Position numbers and translations under genes: made by a program
In this document: positions 53,973 through 64,000 of the stretch, one piece after another
How the letters are laid out: each line of letters starts with the position of its first letter
How positions within the stretch are numbered: the stretch's first letter is position 1
Assembly: GCA_038321865.1 (NCBI GenBank)
Contig: JBBQFH010000013.1
Location: 1 to 64,000 of the forward strand
Source: Gemmatimonadales bacterium
GTDB taxonomy: Bacteria; Gemmatimonadota; Gemmatimonadetes; Gemmatimonadales; GWC2-71-9
Direction: 5' to 3'
DNA: 64,000 bases
Notes under the pieces: model-generated
What the model was told of the DNA's origin: nothing
Seen by the model: only the letters and a program-made list of their open reading frames with translations
The model's database searches: none

Positions 53973-54524
53973 ATGACGCAGCAGTCGGACACCGGCGGGT
54001 CGCTCGCGGCGCTGGCCGCGGACCCGGAGCACGCGACGATCCCCGTTCTCTGGTCCGCGCTCCCGCCGGAGGATCGGCGCCGAGCCGTCGAGCTTGCCGC
54101 CGCCGGTGATCGTCAGCTCAGGGGCGTGCTGGTCGGCGTCGTGCGGCAGACGCCCCGGTACCGCTCGTTCCGTCCCGCCAGCTTTTCCTCCTGGACGCCG
54201 GAGCGGCTCGCCGGTGCGGTGCAGCAGCCGGGCCTGCTTCCAGTCGAGATCATGCAGCCCGCGCTCATCGCGCTCCACCTGCAGGACCGCGCCGGAATGC
54301 TCGCGGCCTTTCTCGATGCCGTCGGCGTTCCCCACGTCGACGGCCTGATCCAGGACATGCCGGAAACGCTGGCGGCGACTCCGGCACAACTCGGAGCCGC
54401 CGCCGACGCGCTGCTCGGCCGCTTTCCGGCCGATCAGGTCCTCACATACATCCTCACCCTCCGCCTGCTCGAGCCCGAGCTGTGGGCCGGCCTCGACTCC
54501 TGGCTCGCGGCCAGGCGGCCATAG
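53973..54524 (+). CDS. Hypothetical protein
   Basis: Helical ORF with MLAAFLDAVGVPHVDGLI; fills the gap between flanking genes. Confidence 0.65.
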   Translation: MTQQSDTGGSLAALAADPEHATIPVLWSALPPEDRRRAVELAAAGDRQLRGVLVGVVRQTPRYRSFRPASFSSWTPERLAGAVQQPGLLPVEIMQPALIALHLQDRAGMLAAFLDAVGVPHVDGLIQDMPETLAATPAQLGAAADALLGRFPADQVLTYILTLRLLEPELWAGLDSWLAARRP

Positions 54525-54543
54525 CACTCACCGCGAAGGCGCC

Positions 54544-56385
54544 CTAGTACGGAGTCTTCGGCTCGGGAACGATCACGACCCGGGTGGTACGGCGCGGCGC
54601 CGCCGACATCTCGTCGATGTAGGCGACGGCGGCCGACAGCGTAGGGTCGACCGCCGCTCCCAGCTCGGTGGCGGCCATGGTACGGCCGCCGGCGACGCGA
54701 TACGAATACTGGGGCAGCGCGCTCAGGTCACGGATCTTGACCAGCATCACGACCGAGTCCCCCGGCACCGGAATCAGATCGACCGAGGCGATCACGTCGG
54801 CACCCAGCAGCGCCGCCACCTGCGAGGCCTCCCGGGTACGGCCCAGCACCCCGCGCACCTCTCCCTGATCCGCCACCCGGTATTCCTTCCTGCTCCGCAG
54901 CAGGTCCCGCAGCTTCCCCACCACCGCCGTCCCGGTCTGTGCCAGCTCCGGATGCCCCGCCAGCTCCTTCGGTTCGGTGATGACGATCCGGCGCGGCCCG
55001 CTCGGCGCGCCGGGCAGCGGTATCCGGAGTGTGTCGAGCCGCATCGACCCGTTCACCATCCGCTCCATCGTCTGCTGGTTGAAGCGCGGCAAGTCACCCG
55101 GGCTGAGCTTGCCCCCCGGGCCGGGCCGGCTCCACTCGGAGAGCGAGGCCCGCACGATCGAATCCACCGCGTGTCGCGCAAAGGCGGTGACCGCCTGGGT
55201 ATCCACGCCGGCGGCGGTCTTTCCCGCGGGTGCCGGCGTGAGCCGCTCCCGCACCGCCCGGGCGATGGCCAGCGAATCATCGCGGGTGAGCACGGCGCGG
55301 GCGGCCTGGGTCTCGACCGTCGGCGCCGCTGGCGCCGCAGCGGGCGCCGCCGGCGGGGCGGGACTGGCGGCTGTGATGGTCGCGACCGTCGGGGAATCCT
55401 TCGCCGCCCGGTTGCGCGCGGTGAGCAGCGCGGCCGCCGCCAGCAGCAATAGCGCGGCCCCGGCGATGGCGCGCCGGCGGCGCGATGCTGCCGGCACCGT
55501 CGCCGGCATCGAGCGGGTCGGCGTGGTGCCGCCCGACGGAATCGGAATCTGCTCCAGCTCCGTCAGCAGCTGCTCGGCGGTGGTGGGGCGGTTCTCCGGC
55601 GCCTTGGCCAGGCAGCGCATGATCACGCTCGAGAGCGCGGGCGGCACGTCGCCACGGACGGTGTGCAGCGGCTCGGGATCCCGGGTGAGCTGCGCCGCCA
55701 TCGTGGCGGTGGGGGACGGACCCGAGAAGGGCGATTCCCCGCTCAGCAGCTCGTAGGCCAGCAGCCCGACGGCGTAGATGTCCACCCGCTGGTCCGCCGC
55801 CGGGTCGGCGGCGAGCTGTTCCGGCGCCATGTAGGCCGGCGTCCCGATCGCCATCCCCGACGACGTCATCCCCGACACCGGAAGCGCCGCGCTCAGCGCC
55901 TTGGCCACGCCGAAATCGGTGACCAGCGCGTGCTGGCCCTGGGTGAGGATGTTGCCCGGCTTGATGTCGCGGTGGACCACGCCGCGGGCATGCGCGTATT
56001 CCAGCGCATCCACCACGTCATGCAGGATCCGCATCACCTCGCGCACGCTGAGCGGGGCCTTCCGCTCCAGCCGCGCCCGGAGCGATTCGCCCTCGATGAA
56101 GGGCATCGTGTAATACAGGAGCTCGCCGTGCTCGCCGGCGGAGAGGAGCGGCACGATGTGCGGGTGCTGCAGCTGCGCGGCGAGCTGGATCTCGCGGCGG
56201 AACCGCTCGCGATTGACCCCGGCCGCGAGCTCGGGCGGCAGCACCTTGACCACGACCTGGCGGCCGAGCGCCACGTCCGTCGCCATGAAGACGCGGCTCA
56301 TCCCGGCGCCCTTGAGCTCGGGGCCGAGTTCGTACGCCGGGGCGAGGGCGTCGCGGAGGTGGTCGAGGAAGGAGGTCACGGTCAT
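54544..56385 (-). CDS. Hanks-type Ser/Thr kinase with TM and extracytoplasmic domain
   Basis: GAGMSRV, VVVK, HRDIKPGN, DFG and YMAPE motifs; start may be GTG 56379. Confidence 0.92.
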   Translation of the reverse strand: MTVTSFLDHLRDALAPAYELGPELKGAGMSRVFMATDVALGRQVVVKVLPPELAAGVNRERFRREIQLAAQLQHPHIVPLLSAGEHGELLYYTMPFIEGESLRARLERKAPLSVREVMRILHDVVDALEYAHARGVVHRDIKPGNILTQGQHALVTDFGVAKALSAALPVSGMTSSGMAIGTPAYMAPEQLAADPAADQRVDIYAVGLLAYELLSGESPFSGPSPTATMAAQLTRDPEPLHTVRGDVPPALSSVIMRCLAKAPENRPTTAEQLLTELEQIPIPSGGTTPTRSMPATVPAASRRRRAIAGAALLLLAAAALLTARNRAAKDSPTVATITAASPAPPAAPAAAPAAPTVETQAARAVLTRDDSLAIARAVRERLTPAPAGKTAAGVDTQAVTAFARHAVDSIVRASLSEWSRPGPGGKLSPGDLPRFNQQTMERMVNGSMRLDTLRIPLPGAPSGPRRIVITEPKELAGHPELAQTGTAVVGKLRDLLRSRKEYRVADQGEVRGVLGRTREASQVAALLGADVIASVDLIPVPGDSVVMLVKIRDLSALPQYSYRVAGGRTMAATELGAAVDPTLSAAVAYIDEMSAAPRRTTRVVIVPEPKTPY

Positions 56386-56440
56386 GAATATATCTCTTAC
56401 GCCCTGTGGTCACAGGAGGTTGCAGGCGATAGCTTCCGGG

Positions 56441-57634
56441 ATGCTTAGACACCTCAATTGGTCCGCAGCGTTGCTCCTCGTGGTGCTCCTGCCGGTGCGC
56501 CCCGTCCTGGCGCAGAAGCCCGCCGCGTTCGACCGCGAGTGGGCCGGTATCCGATCCGCCTTCGACTCCTCCCTCCGCCAACAGGGCGTCGCCGGAGGGA
56601 GTCTCTGGTTCGTGCAGGGTGACGCCGTGCTCGGCCGCGCCGAATACGGCCTCGCCGACGTCGCCAGCGGCCGGCCGGTCACCGACAGCACGATCTTTCA
56701 CTGGGCGTCGATCACCAAGACCTTCACCGCCATCGCCATCATGCAGCTGCGCGATCGCGGGCTGCTCACGCTGGACGACCCGGTCGTGAAGTACGTGCCC
56801 GAGCTTCGCGAAGTGCACGACTCCTTCGGCGATATCAGCCGGATCACCATCAGTCAGCTGATGAGTCACTCCGCCGGCTTCCGGAACGGGACCTGGCCCT
56901 GGGGCGGGAGGCCGTGGCAGCCGTTCGAGCCGACCCGGTGGGCGCAGCTGGTCGCGATGATGCCGTACACCGAGATCCTCTTCGCGCCCGGCTCCCGTTA
57001 CGGCTACTCCAATCCCGGCATCATCTATCTCGGCCGCATCATCGAACGGCTCAGCGGCGAGGACTACGAGGTCTACGTCGACAAGAACATCCTCAAGCCG
57101 CTCGGCATGTACCGCAGCTACTTCGACATCACGCCGTATCATCTGTTGAAGGACCGCTCCAACGGTTACGAGGTGTCGGGCGGGAAGCGCACGGCGGTGG
57201 GGCTCGACTTCGACACCGGCATCACCGTGTCCAATGGCGGCCTCAACTCGCCGCTCACCGACATGGCGAGGTACCTCGCCTTCCTGGCTGGCGCGCCGGG
57301 CCATCCGGAGTACGAGGGTGTACTCAAGCGCGGCTCGCTCGAGGCGATGTGGCGGCCGGTGCTCCCCACGGGCAGCACCGCCGAAGGTGATTCGGTGACC
57401 GGCGGATTCTTTTCGCTGCATGCGGAGGGCCGGCGCTACATCGGCAAGACCGGCAGCCAGGCCGGCTACCGTTCCTTCTTCTACGTCCAGCCGGAGACGC
57501 ACACCGCCGCGATCGGGGTGACCAACACCTCGGGCGATGGTGACCGGGGGACCGGTCCCGACGCCGATGCGTCATGGCTCCTGGTCGACGTCCGCGACCG
57601 GCTGATGCGCCGGGTCTTCCCGCTCTTCAAGTAA
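56441..57634 (+). CDS. Serine hydrolase, beta-lactamase class C/AmpC-like family
   Basis: Signal peptide; SITK (SxxK), LMSHSAG, YSN and KTG motifs. Confidence 0.88.
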   Translation: MLRHLNWSAALLLVVLLPVRPVLAQKPAAFDREWAGIRSAFDSSLRQQGVAGGSLWFVQGDAVLGRAEYGLADVASGRPVTDSTIFHWASITKTFTAIAIMQLRDRGLLTLDDPVVKYVPELREVHDSFGDISRITISQLMSHSAGFRNGTWPWGGRPWQPFEPTRWAQLVAMMPYTEILFAPGSRYGYSNPGIIYLGRIIERLSGEDYEVYVDKNILKPLGMYRSYFDITPYHLLKDRSNGYEVSGGKRTAVGLDFDTGITVSNGGLNSPLTDMARYLAFLAGAPGHPEYEGVLKRGSLEAMWRPVLPTGSTAEGDSVTGGFFSLHAEGRRYIGKTGSQAGYRSFFYVQPETHTAAIGVTNTSGDGDRGTGPDADASWLLVDVRDRLMRRVFPLFK

Positions 57635-57638
57635 CCTG

Positions 57639-58493
57639 ATGACGCTCGATCTCGACCGGCTCGCGGCACGCCTTCCGCCGCGGCCGGTGACGCGCTTTGC
57701 GCCGAGTCCCACCGGCTATCTCCATCTGGGCCACGTCGTGAACGCGGTATGGGTGTGGGGACTCGCGCGCGCGCTGGGCGGCCGCGTGGTGCTCCGGATC
57801 GAGGATCACGACGGGTCCCGCTGCCGGCCGGAATACGAGCGCGCGCTGCTGGAAGATCTCGAGTGGCTCGGGCTGGTGCCGGACGTCATCGCGCCGAGGC
57901 AGAGCGATTCCGGTCCGGCCTACGAGGCGGCGCTTGCGCGGCTCGCGGCCGGGCACCACGTCTACGCCTGCGACTGCTCGCGGAGGACGATCGCCGAGGA
58001 GGTGGACGATCTGTTCGGGGAGGAGATGCGCTATCCCGGCCGCTGCCGGGACCGGGCACTCGCCGCGGGTCCGGGGAAGGGAATGCGCGTCGAGCTGACC
58101 CCGGGCAGCGAGTCGTTCGACGATGCCCGGCTCGGTCCGCAACGGCAGGAGCCTGCCGCGCAGTGCGGCGATCTCCTGCTTCGCGACCGGCTGGGCCACT
58201 GGACCTATCAATACGCCGTCACCGTCGACGACATGCGCGACGGCATCGATCTCGTCGTCCGCGGCGAGGACCTGCTGCAGTCCACCGGCCGGCAGATCCG
58301 GCTCGCCCGCATGCTGGGCCGCGCCGAGCCGCCGGTGTTCCTGCACCATCCGCTGATTCTGAAGCCGGGCGGCGAGAAGCTCAGCAAGGCGGCCGGCGAC
58401 ACCGGCGTCCGGGAGCTGCGGAACGCGGGCGTGTCGCCGGCCGACGTGCTGGCCGATGCGCGCTGGCGGAGCGGGGCTACCTTCCCCGCATGA
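57639..58493 (+). CDS. gluQ: Glutamyl-Q tRNA(Asp) synthetase-like protein
   Basis: RFAPSPTGYLHLGH, LRIED, CDCSR, VRGEDL and KLSK motifs; short, with no anticodon-binding domain. Confidence 0.85.
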   Translation: MTLDLDRLAARLPPRPVTRFAPSPTGYLHLGHVVNAVWVWGLARALGGRVVLRIEDHDGSRCRPEYERALLEDLEWLGLVPDVIAPRQSDSGPAYEAALARLAAGHHVYACDCSRRTIAEEVDDLFGEEMRYPGRCRDRALAAGPGKGMRVELTPGSESFDDARLGPQRQEPAAQCGDLLLRDRLGHWTYQYAVTVDDMRDGIDLVVRGEDLLQSTGRQIRLARMLGRAEPPVFLHHPLILKPGGEKLSKAAGDTGVRELRNAGVSPADVLADARWRSGATFPA

Positions 58494-60324
58494 TCCCGTT
58501 TCGCACCCGCACCGCCCGCGGCGTCGCGTTGGGATCGAATGCGATGCTCGTGGCGTTGTTCGGTACCGTGACGACCTTGGCGGCGAGCGTCACGTTGGTG
58601 CCGCCTCGGCGCACCACGATCGGCAAGTCGGCGCCCTCGCGCGTGTTGTACTGCGCCCGGAACTGATCGGCCCAGTTGTTGTCCCGCACCGGCACCGCAC
58701 CCACCGACACCAGATAGTCGCCCGCGCGGACACCGGCCCGATCGGCCGCGCCGCCCGGCACCGTGCCAACCACCCGGACACCGGTACTGTCGGTGTTGGC
58801 GTTGACGCCCACCCGGGCGACGCGCGAGCTGTCCGTCACCAGCCTGAGCCCGGCCAGCGGCAGCACGCTCGCCCACGGGTAGGGGTCTCGGCCGTTCACG
58901 TAGTGCGCCGCGAAATCGTCGAACGGCTTCCCGCCCGCCGCCTGCCGTACCGCGCTCCACCACTCCGCGCCGGTAAAGCCCTCGCCGTGCTTGTAGGTGC
59001 TCAGGTAGAGATTCCGCATCACCGCGTCGAGCGAGCGCTGGTTGTCGCTCGCGTCGCGGATGATGATGTCGAGCATGAAGCCCGCGAGCGCCCCCTTCGG
59101 ATAATAGAGGTACCCGCTGCCGTCCTTCGGATGAATCCAGGTCGAGAGCGACGCGTCCTCCAGGGCGGTGGGCGGCGCATTGATCACCGCGCCGATGTTG
59201 CCGTTCATCTGGCCGGCAAAGGCCGCCGAGTCGTACACGCCGGCGCGGGCGAGCGCCACCGACGCGTAATAGTCGGTGATTCCCTCACTGACCCAGAGCC
59301 ACGGCGTCGGCTGGGACGCCGAGTAGCGGTAGGGCACCATGTCGGCGGGGCGGAGCCGCTTCACGTTCCAGGCGTGGAAGATCTCGTGCGCGGTGACCGA
59401 GGTGACGATGGTGTCGAGCCCCGGCTGGAGATACGGCGTGCCGTAGATGCCGAGATGCGACGCCTGGTGCTCCAGCGCGCTCGCGCTGCCGCCGTAGGAT
59501 GAGTCGTACACGATCATCACGCTGTAGCTGTCCCACGGCGTCTCGCCGAGCACCGCCGACTCGGCGGGGATGATCCGGCTGACGCGCTTTTCCAGCGAGT
59601 CGCGGGCGGCGCCCTTGAGCGCGCCCATCGGATAGCTGGCGAAGCGGGTCCACTTGCCGCTGATCTGCAGGCTGTCGACGTCCAGCCGGCCGATCACGAA
59701 CGGCATGTCCACCATGTCGTGATAGTTCGACTCGCGATAGGTCCGCGGCGTCCCCGCCGGGTGCATGCTGGTCACCACCTGCCAGCCCGGCTCGGTCGTG
59801 ATCGTGACGGTGGCGGGGAAGTCGAGACCCCGGCCTTCGGGATAGAGGAAGACGTTGGTGCCGTTGAACAGCGCGAAGTCGGGCCGGGTCCAGGCCATCG
59901 CGTTGTCGAGCGAGTCCGCGACGTAGCTGAACGCCACCGTCATCGACCGCGCGCCGTTCGGCTGGATCCGCCAGGTGTCGTAGTCGAGCTTGTCCCATTC
60001 GAGCGGCCGGGAGCCGTCGGTCGGGCTGAAGCCGACGACGTTCTTGGCGAAGTCGCTCACCTCGTAGGCGCCCGGCGTCCAGGCCGGGAGCGAGAGGAGC
60101 ACCGGTCCGCTGCCGCTCAGGTCGAACGACATTGTGACCTTGAGCTGGCGGCTGGCCGCGGCGGCGCCGTCCACCGTGACGCCGTAGCGCACGTTCGCGA
60201 TGGGAGCCGACTGGTTGGTGGACGGAAGCAGGGTGATCGCCGAGCGGCGGGGCTGCTGGGCGATCACGGAAGGAACGGCGGCCGCGAAGGGCAGGGCCGC
60301 GGCGAATAACCGATGGAAACGCAT
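58477..60324 (-). CDS. M61 glycyl aminopeptidase with PDZ domain
   Basis: Signal peptide; PAWTPG, ALEH, HEIFHAWNVKR, EGITDY and YYPKG motifs; C-terminal PDZ (GGAADRAGVRAGD). Confidence 0.9.
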   Translation of the reverse strand: MRFHRLFAAALPFAAAVPSVIAQQPRRSAITLLPSTNQSAPIANVRYGVTVDGAAAASRQLKVTMSFDLSGSGPVLLSLPAWTPGAYEVSDFAKNVVGFSPTDGSRPLEWDKLDYDTWRIQPNGARSMTVAFSYVADSLDNAMAWTRPDFALFNGTNVFLYPEGRGLDFPATVTITTEPGWQVVTSMHPAGTPRTYRESNYHDMVDMPFVIGRLDVDSLQISGKWTRFASYPMGALKGAARDSLEKRVSRIIPAESAVLGETPWDSYSVMIVYDSSYGGSASALEHQASHLGIYGTPYLQPGLDTIVTSVTAHEIFHAWNVKRLRPADMVPYRYSASQPTPWLWVSEGITDYYASVALARAGVYDSAAFAGQMNGNIGAVINAPPTALEDASLSTWIHPKDGSGYLYYPKGALAGFMLDIIIRDASDNQRSLDAVMRNLYLSTYKHGEGFTGAEWWSAVRQAAGGKPFDDFAAHYVNGRDPYPWASVLPLAGLRLVTDSSRVARVGVNANTDSTGVRVVGTVPGGAADRAGVRAGDYLVSVGAVPVRDNNWADQFRAQYNTREGADLPIVVRRGGTNVTLAAKVVTVPNNATSIAFDPNATPRAVRVRNGIMRGR

Positions 60325-60384
60325 GACTCGTCCTGGCTGGAGGTTCGACGAGTCCTGACGGGAACGCCCCCGAAAAAGTTTTGG

Positions 60385-61635
60385 TTAGGCCGGCTTCTCC
60401 GCCGTTGGGCGGAACTCCCCCTCCCACCGGGCCATCACCGCCGATGCCAGGCAGTTGCCCACCAGGTTGATCGAGGTCCGCGCCATGTCCATGAAGGCGT
60501 CGACACCGAGGATCACGGCCACGCCCTCGAGCGGGAGGTGAAAGGTGACCAGGGTGCCGGACAGGATCACCAGCGAGGCGCGCGGCACCGCCGCGACGCC
60601 TTTGCTCGTCAGCATCAGCGTGAGCATCATCAGCAGCTGGTCGCCCAGGCCGAGATGGATGCCGGCCGCCTGCGCCACGAAGATCGACGCGACACCTAGG
60701 TAGAGGGTCGAGCCGTCGAGATTGAAGGAGTAGCCGGTCGGGATGACGAAGGAGACGATTCGGCGCGGCACGCCGAACTTCTCCATGTTCTCCATCGCCA
60801 GCGGCAGCGCGGCCTCCGACGACGCCGTGGTGAAGGCGAGCAGCCACGGCTCCTTGACCCACTGCCAGAATCCGCGAAGCGGGATCCGCGCCATCAGTGC
60901 GATGGGAATCAGCGTGACCACGATGAACACGATCAGCGCGAGGTAGAGCGTCCCCACCAGCTTGCCCAGGCTCCAGAGCACCTCGACGCCGTTCTTGCCG
61001 ATCGTCCCGGCGATCGCGGCGAAGATGCCGATCGGCGCGAACTTCATCACGATCCCGGTGAACTTGAACATCACCTCCGACAATCCCTCGCAGAAGCCGA
61101 GCATCGCCTCCTTGGGCCGCCCCTTCACCTGGGTCAGCGCGGCGGCGAACAGCACCGCGAAGAAGACGATCTGCAGCACCTCGTTGTTGGCGGCCGCCTC
61201 GAAGAAGCTCTGCGGCACGGTGTGCTCCAGCACGCCGCCCAGCGTGGTCGGCGCCCGCACCAGCTTCTCCGCCTCGCCGATCGGCGCGGACAGGACGACG
61301 CCCACGCCCGGCTTGAACAGGTTGACGGCGCCGAGCCCGATGAAGAGCGCGACCGTGGTGACGACCTCGAAATAGATCAGCGACTTGAACGCCAGGCGGC
61401 CGACCCGCTTGAGGTCGTCACCGTGGCCGGCGATGCCGATCACCAGCGCGCCGAAGACCAGCGGCACGACGATCGACTTGATCATGCGGAGAAAGATCGT
61501 GGAGAGCGGCTTCAGCGCGGCGCCGACGTCGGTGTTGAGCCAGACGTCGTGATCCAGAAAGCCCACGAAGGCCCCGAGGATCGTCGCGATGACGATCCAC
61601 CAGGTCAGCGAGATCCCGCGCAGAAACCGCCACAT
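60385..61635 (-). CDS. gltP: Dicarboxylate/amino acid:cation symporter (GltP/DctA family)
   Basis: FLRMIK, FTTASSEAALP, PTGYSFNLDG, SKGVAAVP and DMARTSIN motifs. Confidence 0.88.
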   Translation of the reverse strand: MWRFLRGISLTWWIVIATILGAFVGFLDHDVWLNTDVGAALKPLSTIFLRMIKSIVVPLVFGALVIGIAGHGDDLKRVGRLAFKSLIYFEVVTTVALFIGLGAVNLFKPGVGVVLSAPIGEAEKLVRAPTTLGGVLEHTVPQSFFEAAANNEVLQIVFFAVLFAAALTQVKGRPKEAMLGFCEGLSEVMFKFTGIVMKFAPIGIFAAIAGTIGKNGVEVLWSLGKLVGTLYLALIVFIVVTLIPIALMARIPLRGFWQWVKEPWLLAFTTASSEAALPLAMENMEKFGVPRRIVSFVIPTGYSFNLDGSTLYLGVASIFVAQAAGIHLGLGDQLLMMLTLMLTSKGVAAVPRASLVILSGTLVTFHLPLEGVAVILGVDAFMDMARTSINLVGNCLASAVMARWEGEFRPTAEKPA

Positions 61636-62741
61636 CAGCGGGAGCCCGCCAGCTCGCCGGCCTTGGCGCCGACGCCCTTGAGCAGCGAGGCGTAGGCCAC
61701 GCCGAACTTCTCCACCCCTTCGGTCTCCAGCTCCTCGGTCACCTTCGCAAGCGAGATGCCCGATGCCGCCAGCGCCGCCAGCTGCGCCGGCGCCGCCGCG
61801 ATCGCCTCCTGGATCCGGACTTCCGGCTTGCCGTGGTCGCGATAGGCCTCGAACGTCTCCGGCGGCATCGTGTTCACCGTGTCCGACGCGATCAGCGCCT
61901 CGACGTAGTAGACGTCGGGAAATTTCGGATCCTTGGTGCTCGTCGAGGCCCAGAGCGGGCGCTGCACCCGCGCGCCGCGCGCCGCCAGCTTCCGCCACCG
62001 CTCGCTCGCCACCGTTTCCTGGAACAGCTTGTACGCCATCGCGGCATTCGCGATCGCCGCCTTGCCACGCACGTTTTTGGGATCACCCATCGCGTCGAGC
62101 TGGGGATCGATCTTGGTGTCGACCCGGCTCACGAAGAAGCTGGCGACCGATGCCAGCCGGTCGATCGGGCGGTTGGCCTCGACCCGCCGCTCCAGCGCCC
62201 GCATGAACGCCTCGATGACCTGCGCGTAGCGCGCGACCGAGAAGAGCAGGGTGATGTTGATGTTGATCCCCGCGGCGAGACAGTGCTCGATCGCCGGCAG
62301 CCCCGCCAGCGTGCCGGGAATTTTGACCATCACGTTCGGCCGGTCCACCGCCCGCCACAGCCGCTCGGCCTCGGCGATCGTCCCCGCGGTGTCGTTTCCC
62401 AGGGTGGGAGAGACCTCGATCGAGACCAGGCCGTCGTTGCCGGCCGTCGCATCGTAGACCGGACGGAACACATCGCAGGCCAGGCGCACGTCACCGACCG
62501 CGATCGCCTCGAAGATCGCGCCCGCGTCCTTGCCCTCGTCGGTGAGCCGGCGGACGGTGTCGTCGTACACGGCGGTGTTGGCCACCGCCTTCTCGAAGAT
62601 CGACGGATTGGAGGTCATGCCGCGGAGCCCGTCGTCGGCGATCAGCCGGGCCAGCTTGCCCGAGGTGATCAGCTCCTGCGTGATATTGTCGAACCAGGGG
62701 CTCTGGCCCAGCTCGACCAGGCGCTTCAGTGGATTGCTCAT
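61635..62741 (-). CDS. tal: Transaldolase
   Basis: QSPWFD, TSNPSIF, SIEVSP, VKIPGT, NITLLFS, SFFVSRVD and WASTSTK motifs. Confidence 0.95.
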   Translation of the reverse strand: MSNPLKRLVELGQSPWFDNITQELITSGKLARLIADDGLRGMTSNPSIFEKAVANTAVYDDTVRRLTDEGKDAGAIFEAIAVGDVRLACDVFRPVYDATAGNDGLVSIEVSPTLGNDTAGTIAEAERLWRAVDRPNVMVKIPGTLAGLPAIEHCLAAGININITLLFSVARYAQVIEAFMRALERRVEANRPIDRLASVASFFVSRVDTKIDPQLDAMGDPKNVRGKAAIANAAMAYKLFQETVASERWRKLAARGARVQRPLWASTSTKDPKFPDVYYVEALIASDTVNTMPPETFEAYRDHGKPEVRIQEAIAAAPAQLAALAASGISLAKVTEELETEGVEKFGVAYASLLKGVGAKAGELAGSR

Positions 62742-64000
62742 GGGGATTTCCTCTTCAGGAGGCGCCGCACCGCCGCCGCGGCGTCATCGGGACTCAGGCC
62801 GTATTCCTTATATAGCCGCTCCGCGGGGGCGGAGCCGCCGAAATGATCGAGACCCAGGCAGATGCCGTCGTCCGTCACCCACTGGCGCCAGCCCATCGTC
62901 GCGGCCGCCTCGATGGAGACCCGGGCCCGGATCGCCGGCGGGAGGACCTCGTCGCGGTACGCCTGGGTCTGCCCCTCGAACAGGTCCCATGACGGCATCG
63001 ACACCACGCGGGCGCGGATCCCTTCCTTCGCCAGCAGCTCGGACGCCGCCAGCGCGATGCTCACCTCCGAGCCGGTGGCGATCAGGATCGCCTCGGCGCC
63101 GCCCTCCGGCTCGGAGAGGATGTACGCCCCGCGCCGGACGCCGTCAACCGCGCGTAGTTTCGTGTGATCGAGGATCGGCAGCTTCTGCCGCGTGAGCACC
63201 AGCATCGACGGACAGTTGGTGCGCTCGATGATCGTGCGCCATGCCTCGATCGTCTCGGTGGCGTCCGCCGGCCGGAAGAGCGCCAGGCCGGGAATGGCGC
63301 GCAGCATCGCGAGGTGCTCGATCGGCTGGTGGGTCGGACCGTCTTCGCCCAGTCCGATCGAATCGTGGGTGCAGATATAGATGATGGGGAGCTTCATGAT
63401 GGCGGCGAGACGGATCGCCGGCTTCATGTAGTCGCTGAACACGAAGAAGGTGCTGCCGAACGGACGGAGGCCGCCGTGCGCCGCGATGCCGTTAAGGCAC
63501 GCGCCCATCCCGTGCTCCCGGATCCCCCAGTGGAACACGCGCCCGCTCTCCTCGGGGCCGAAGGTCCCGCCTTCCTTGAGGGTGACGCCGGTGCTGCCAC
63601 CCAGGTCGGCCGACCCGCCGATCAGGTTGGGCAGCGACTTGGCCAGCGCGTCGAGCGCCTTGCCCGAGGCCTGCCGGGTGGCCAGCTGCGGCTGGTCGGG
63701 GGTGAACATCGGCAGCCCCTTGTCCCACCCCGCCGGCAGCTCACCCGACATGAACCGCCGGTACTCGGCGGCCAGGTCGGGAAAGGCCTCGGCGTAGCGC
63801 GCGAAGAGCGCATCCCATTCCTTCTCCATCGCGGCGCCGCGCGGCACCGCCTCCCGCCAGTGCGCCAGCGCCTCCGGCGGCACGAAGAACGCCGGCTCTT
63901 CCGGCCAGCCCATGATCCCCTTGGTCCGCCGGATCTCGTCGACGCCGAGCGGCGAGCCGTGGGCCTCGGAGCTGTCCTTCTTGGTGGGCGCCGGATCGCC
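62738..64000 (-). CDS. tkt: Transketolase, 5' part outside the window
   Basis: [35 protein letters not shown] and VSMPS motifs; frame open to the window edge. Confidence 0.95.
   Translation of the reverse strand, partial: GDPAPTKKDSSEAHGSPLGVDEIRRTKGIMGWPEEPAFFVPPEALAHWREAVPRGAAMEKEWDALFARYAEAFPDLAAEYRRFMSGELPAGWDKGLPMFTPDQPQLATRQASGKALDALAKSLPNLIGGSADLGGSTGVTLKEGGTFGPEESGRVFHWGIREHGMGACLNGIAAHGGLRPFGSTFFVFSDYMKPAIRLAAIMKLPIIYICTHDSIGLGEDGPTHQPIEHLAMLRAIPGLALFRPADATETIEAWRTIIERTNCPSMLVLTRQKLPILDHTKLRAVDGVRRGAYILSEPEGGAEAILIATGSEVSIALAASELLAKEGIRARVVSMPSWDLFEGQTQAYRDEVLPPAIRARVSIEAAATMGWRQWVTDDGICLGLDHFGGSAPAERLYKEYGLSPDDAAAAVRRLLKRKSP

Noticed and set aside
56441..57634. Calling the serine hydrolase an antibiotic-resistance beta-lactamase
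   Set aside because: SxxK/YxN motifs are shared with many esterases and peptidases; nothing here shows beta-lactamase activity.
58477..58493. 17-nt convergent overlap of gluQ and the M61 peptidase
   Set aside because: Short tail-to-tail overlaps are ordinary in compact high-GC genomes.

Overview
High-GC bacterial window. The gene families (Hanks kinase-TPR proteins, Oar-like TonB-dependent receptors, orphan TPR plus tiny lipopeptide, futalosine pathway) suggest Gemmatimonadota; this is an inference. Housekeeping genes include mqnD, glnA, gluQ, gltP, tal, tkt (partial), several peptidases and tRNA-Cys. A type I restriction-modification locus (hsdM-hsdS-fic-hsdR) sits just downstream of the tRNA. 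The best candidates for undescribed systems are: (1) 26.8-30.9 kb, an ECF sigma/anti-sigma regulon with three matching GAACC-N16-CGT promoters, driving a secreted Met/His pentapeptide-repeat protein, a DipZ-like thioredoxin, a DsbD-N-like lipoprotein and exported 1-Cys MsrB and MsrA, which looks like an envelope methionine-oxidation sensing and repair circuit; (2) 0-2.3 kb, a TPR protein, a 47-aa secreted Cys-loop peptide and an AraC regulator, a possible peptide-signalling cassette; (3) 42.6-44.9 kb, a Cyc2-like cytochrome-porin, a monoheme cytochrome c and a His-bearing membrane protein; (4) a DUF2946-like leader ending in LGPP upstream of a TonB-dependent receptor; (5) an HD-GYP / 1160-aa HEAT / GT2 operon. 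All calls come from reading motifs by eye; no database searches were run.
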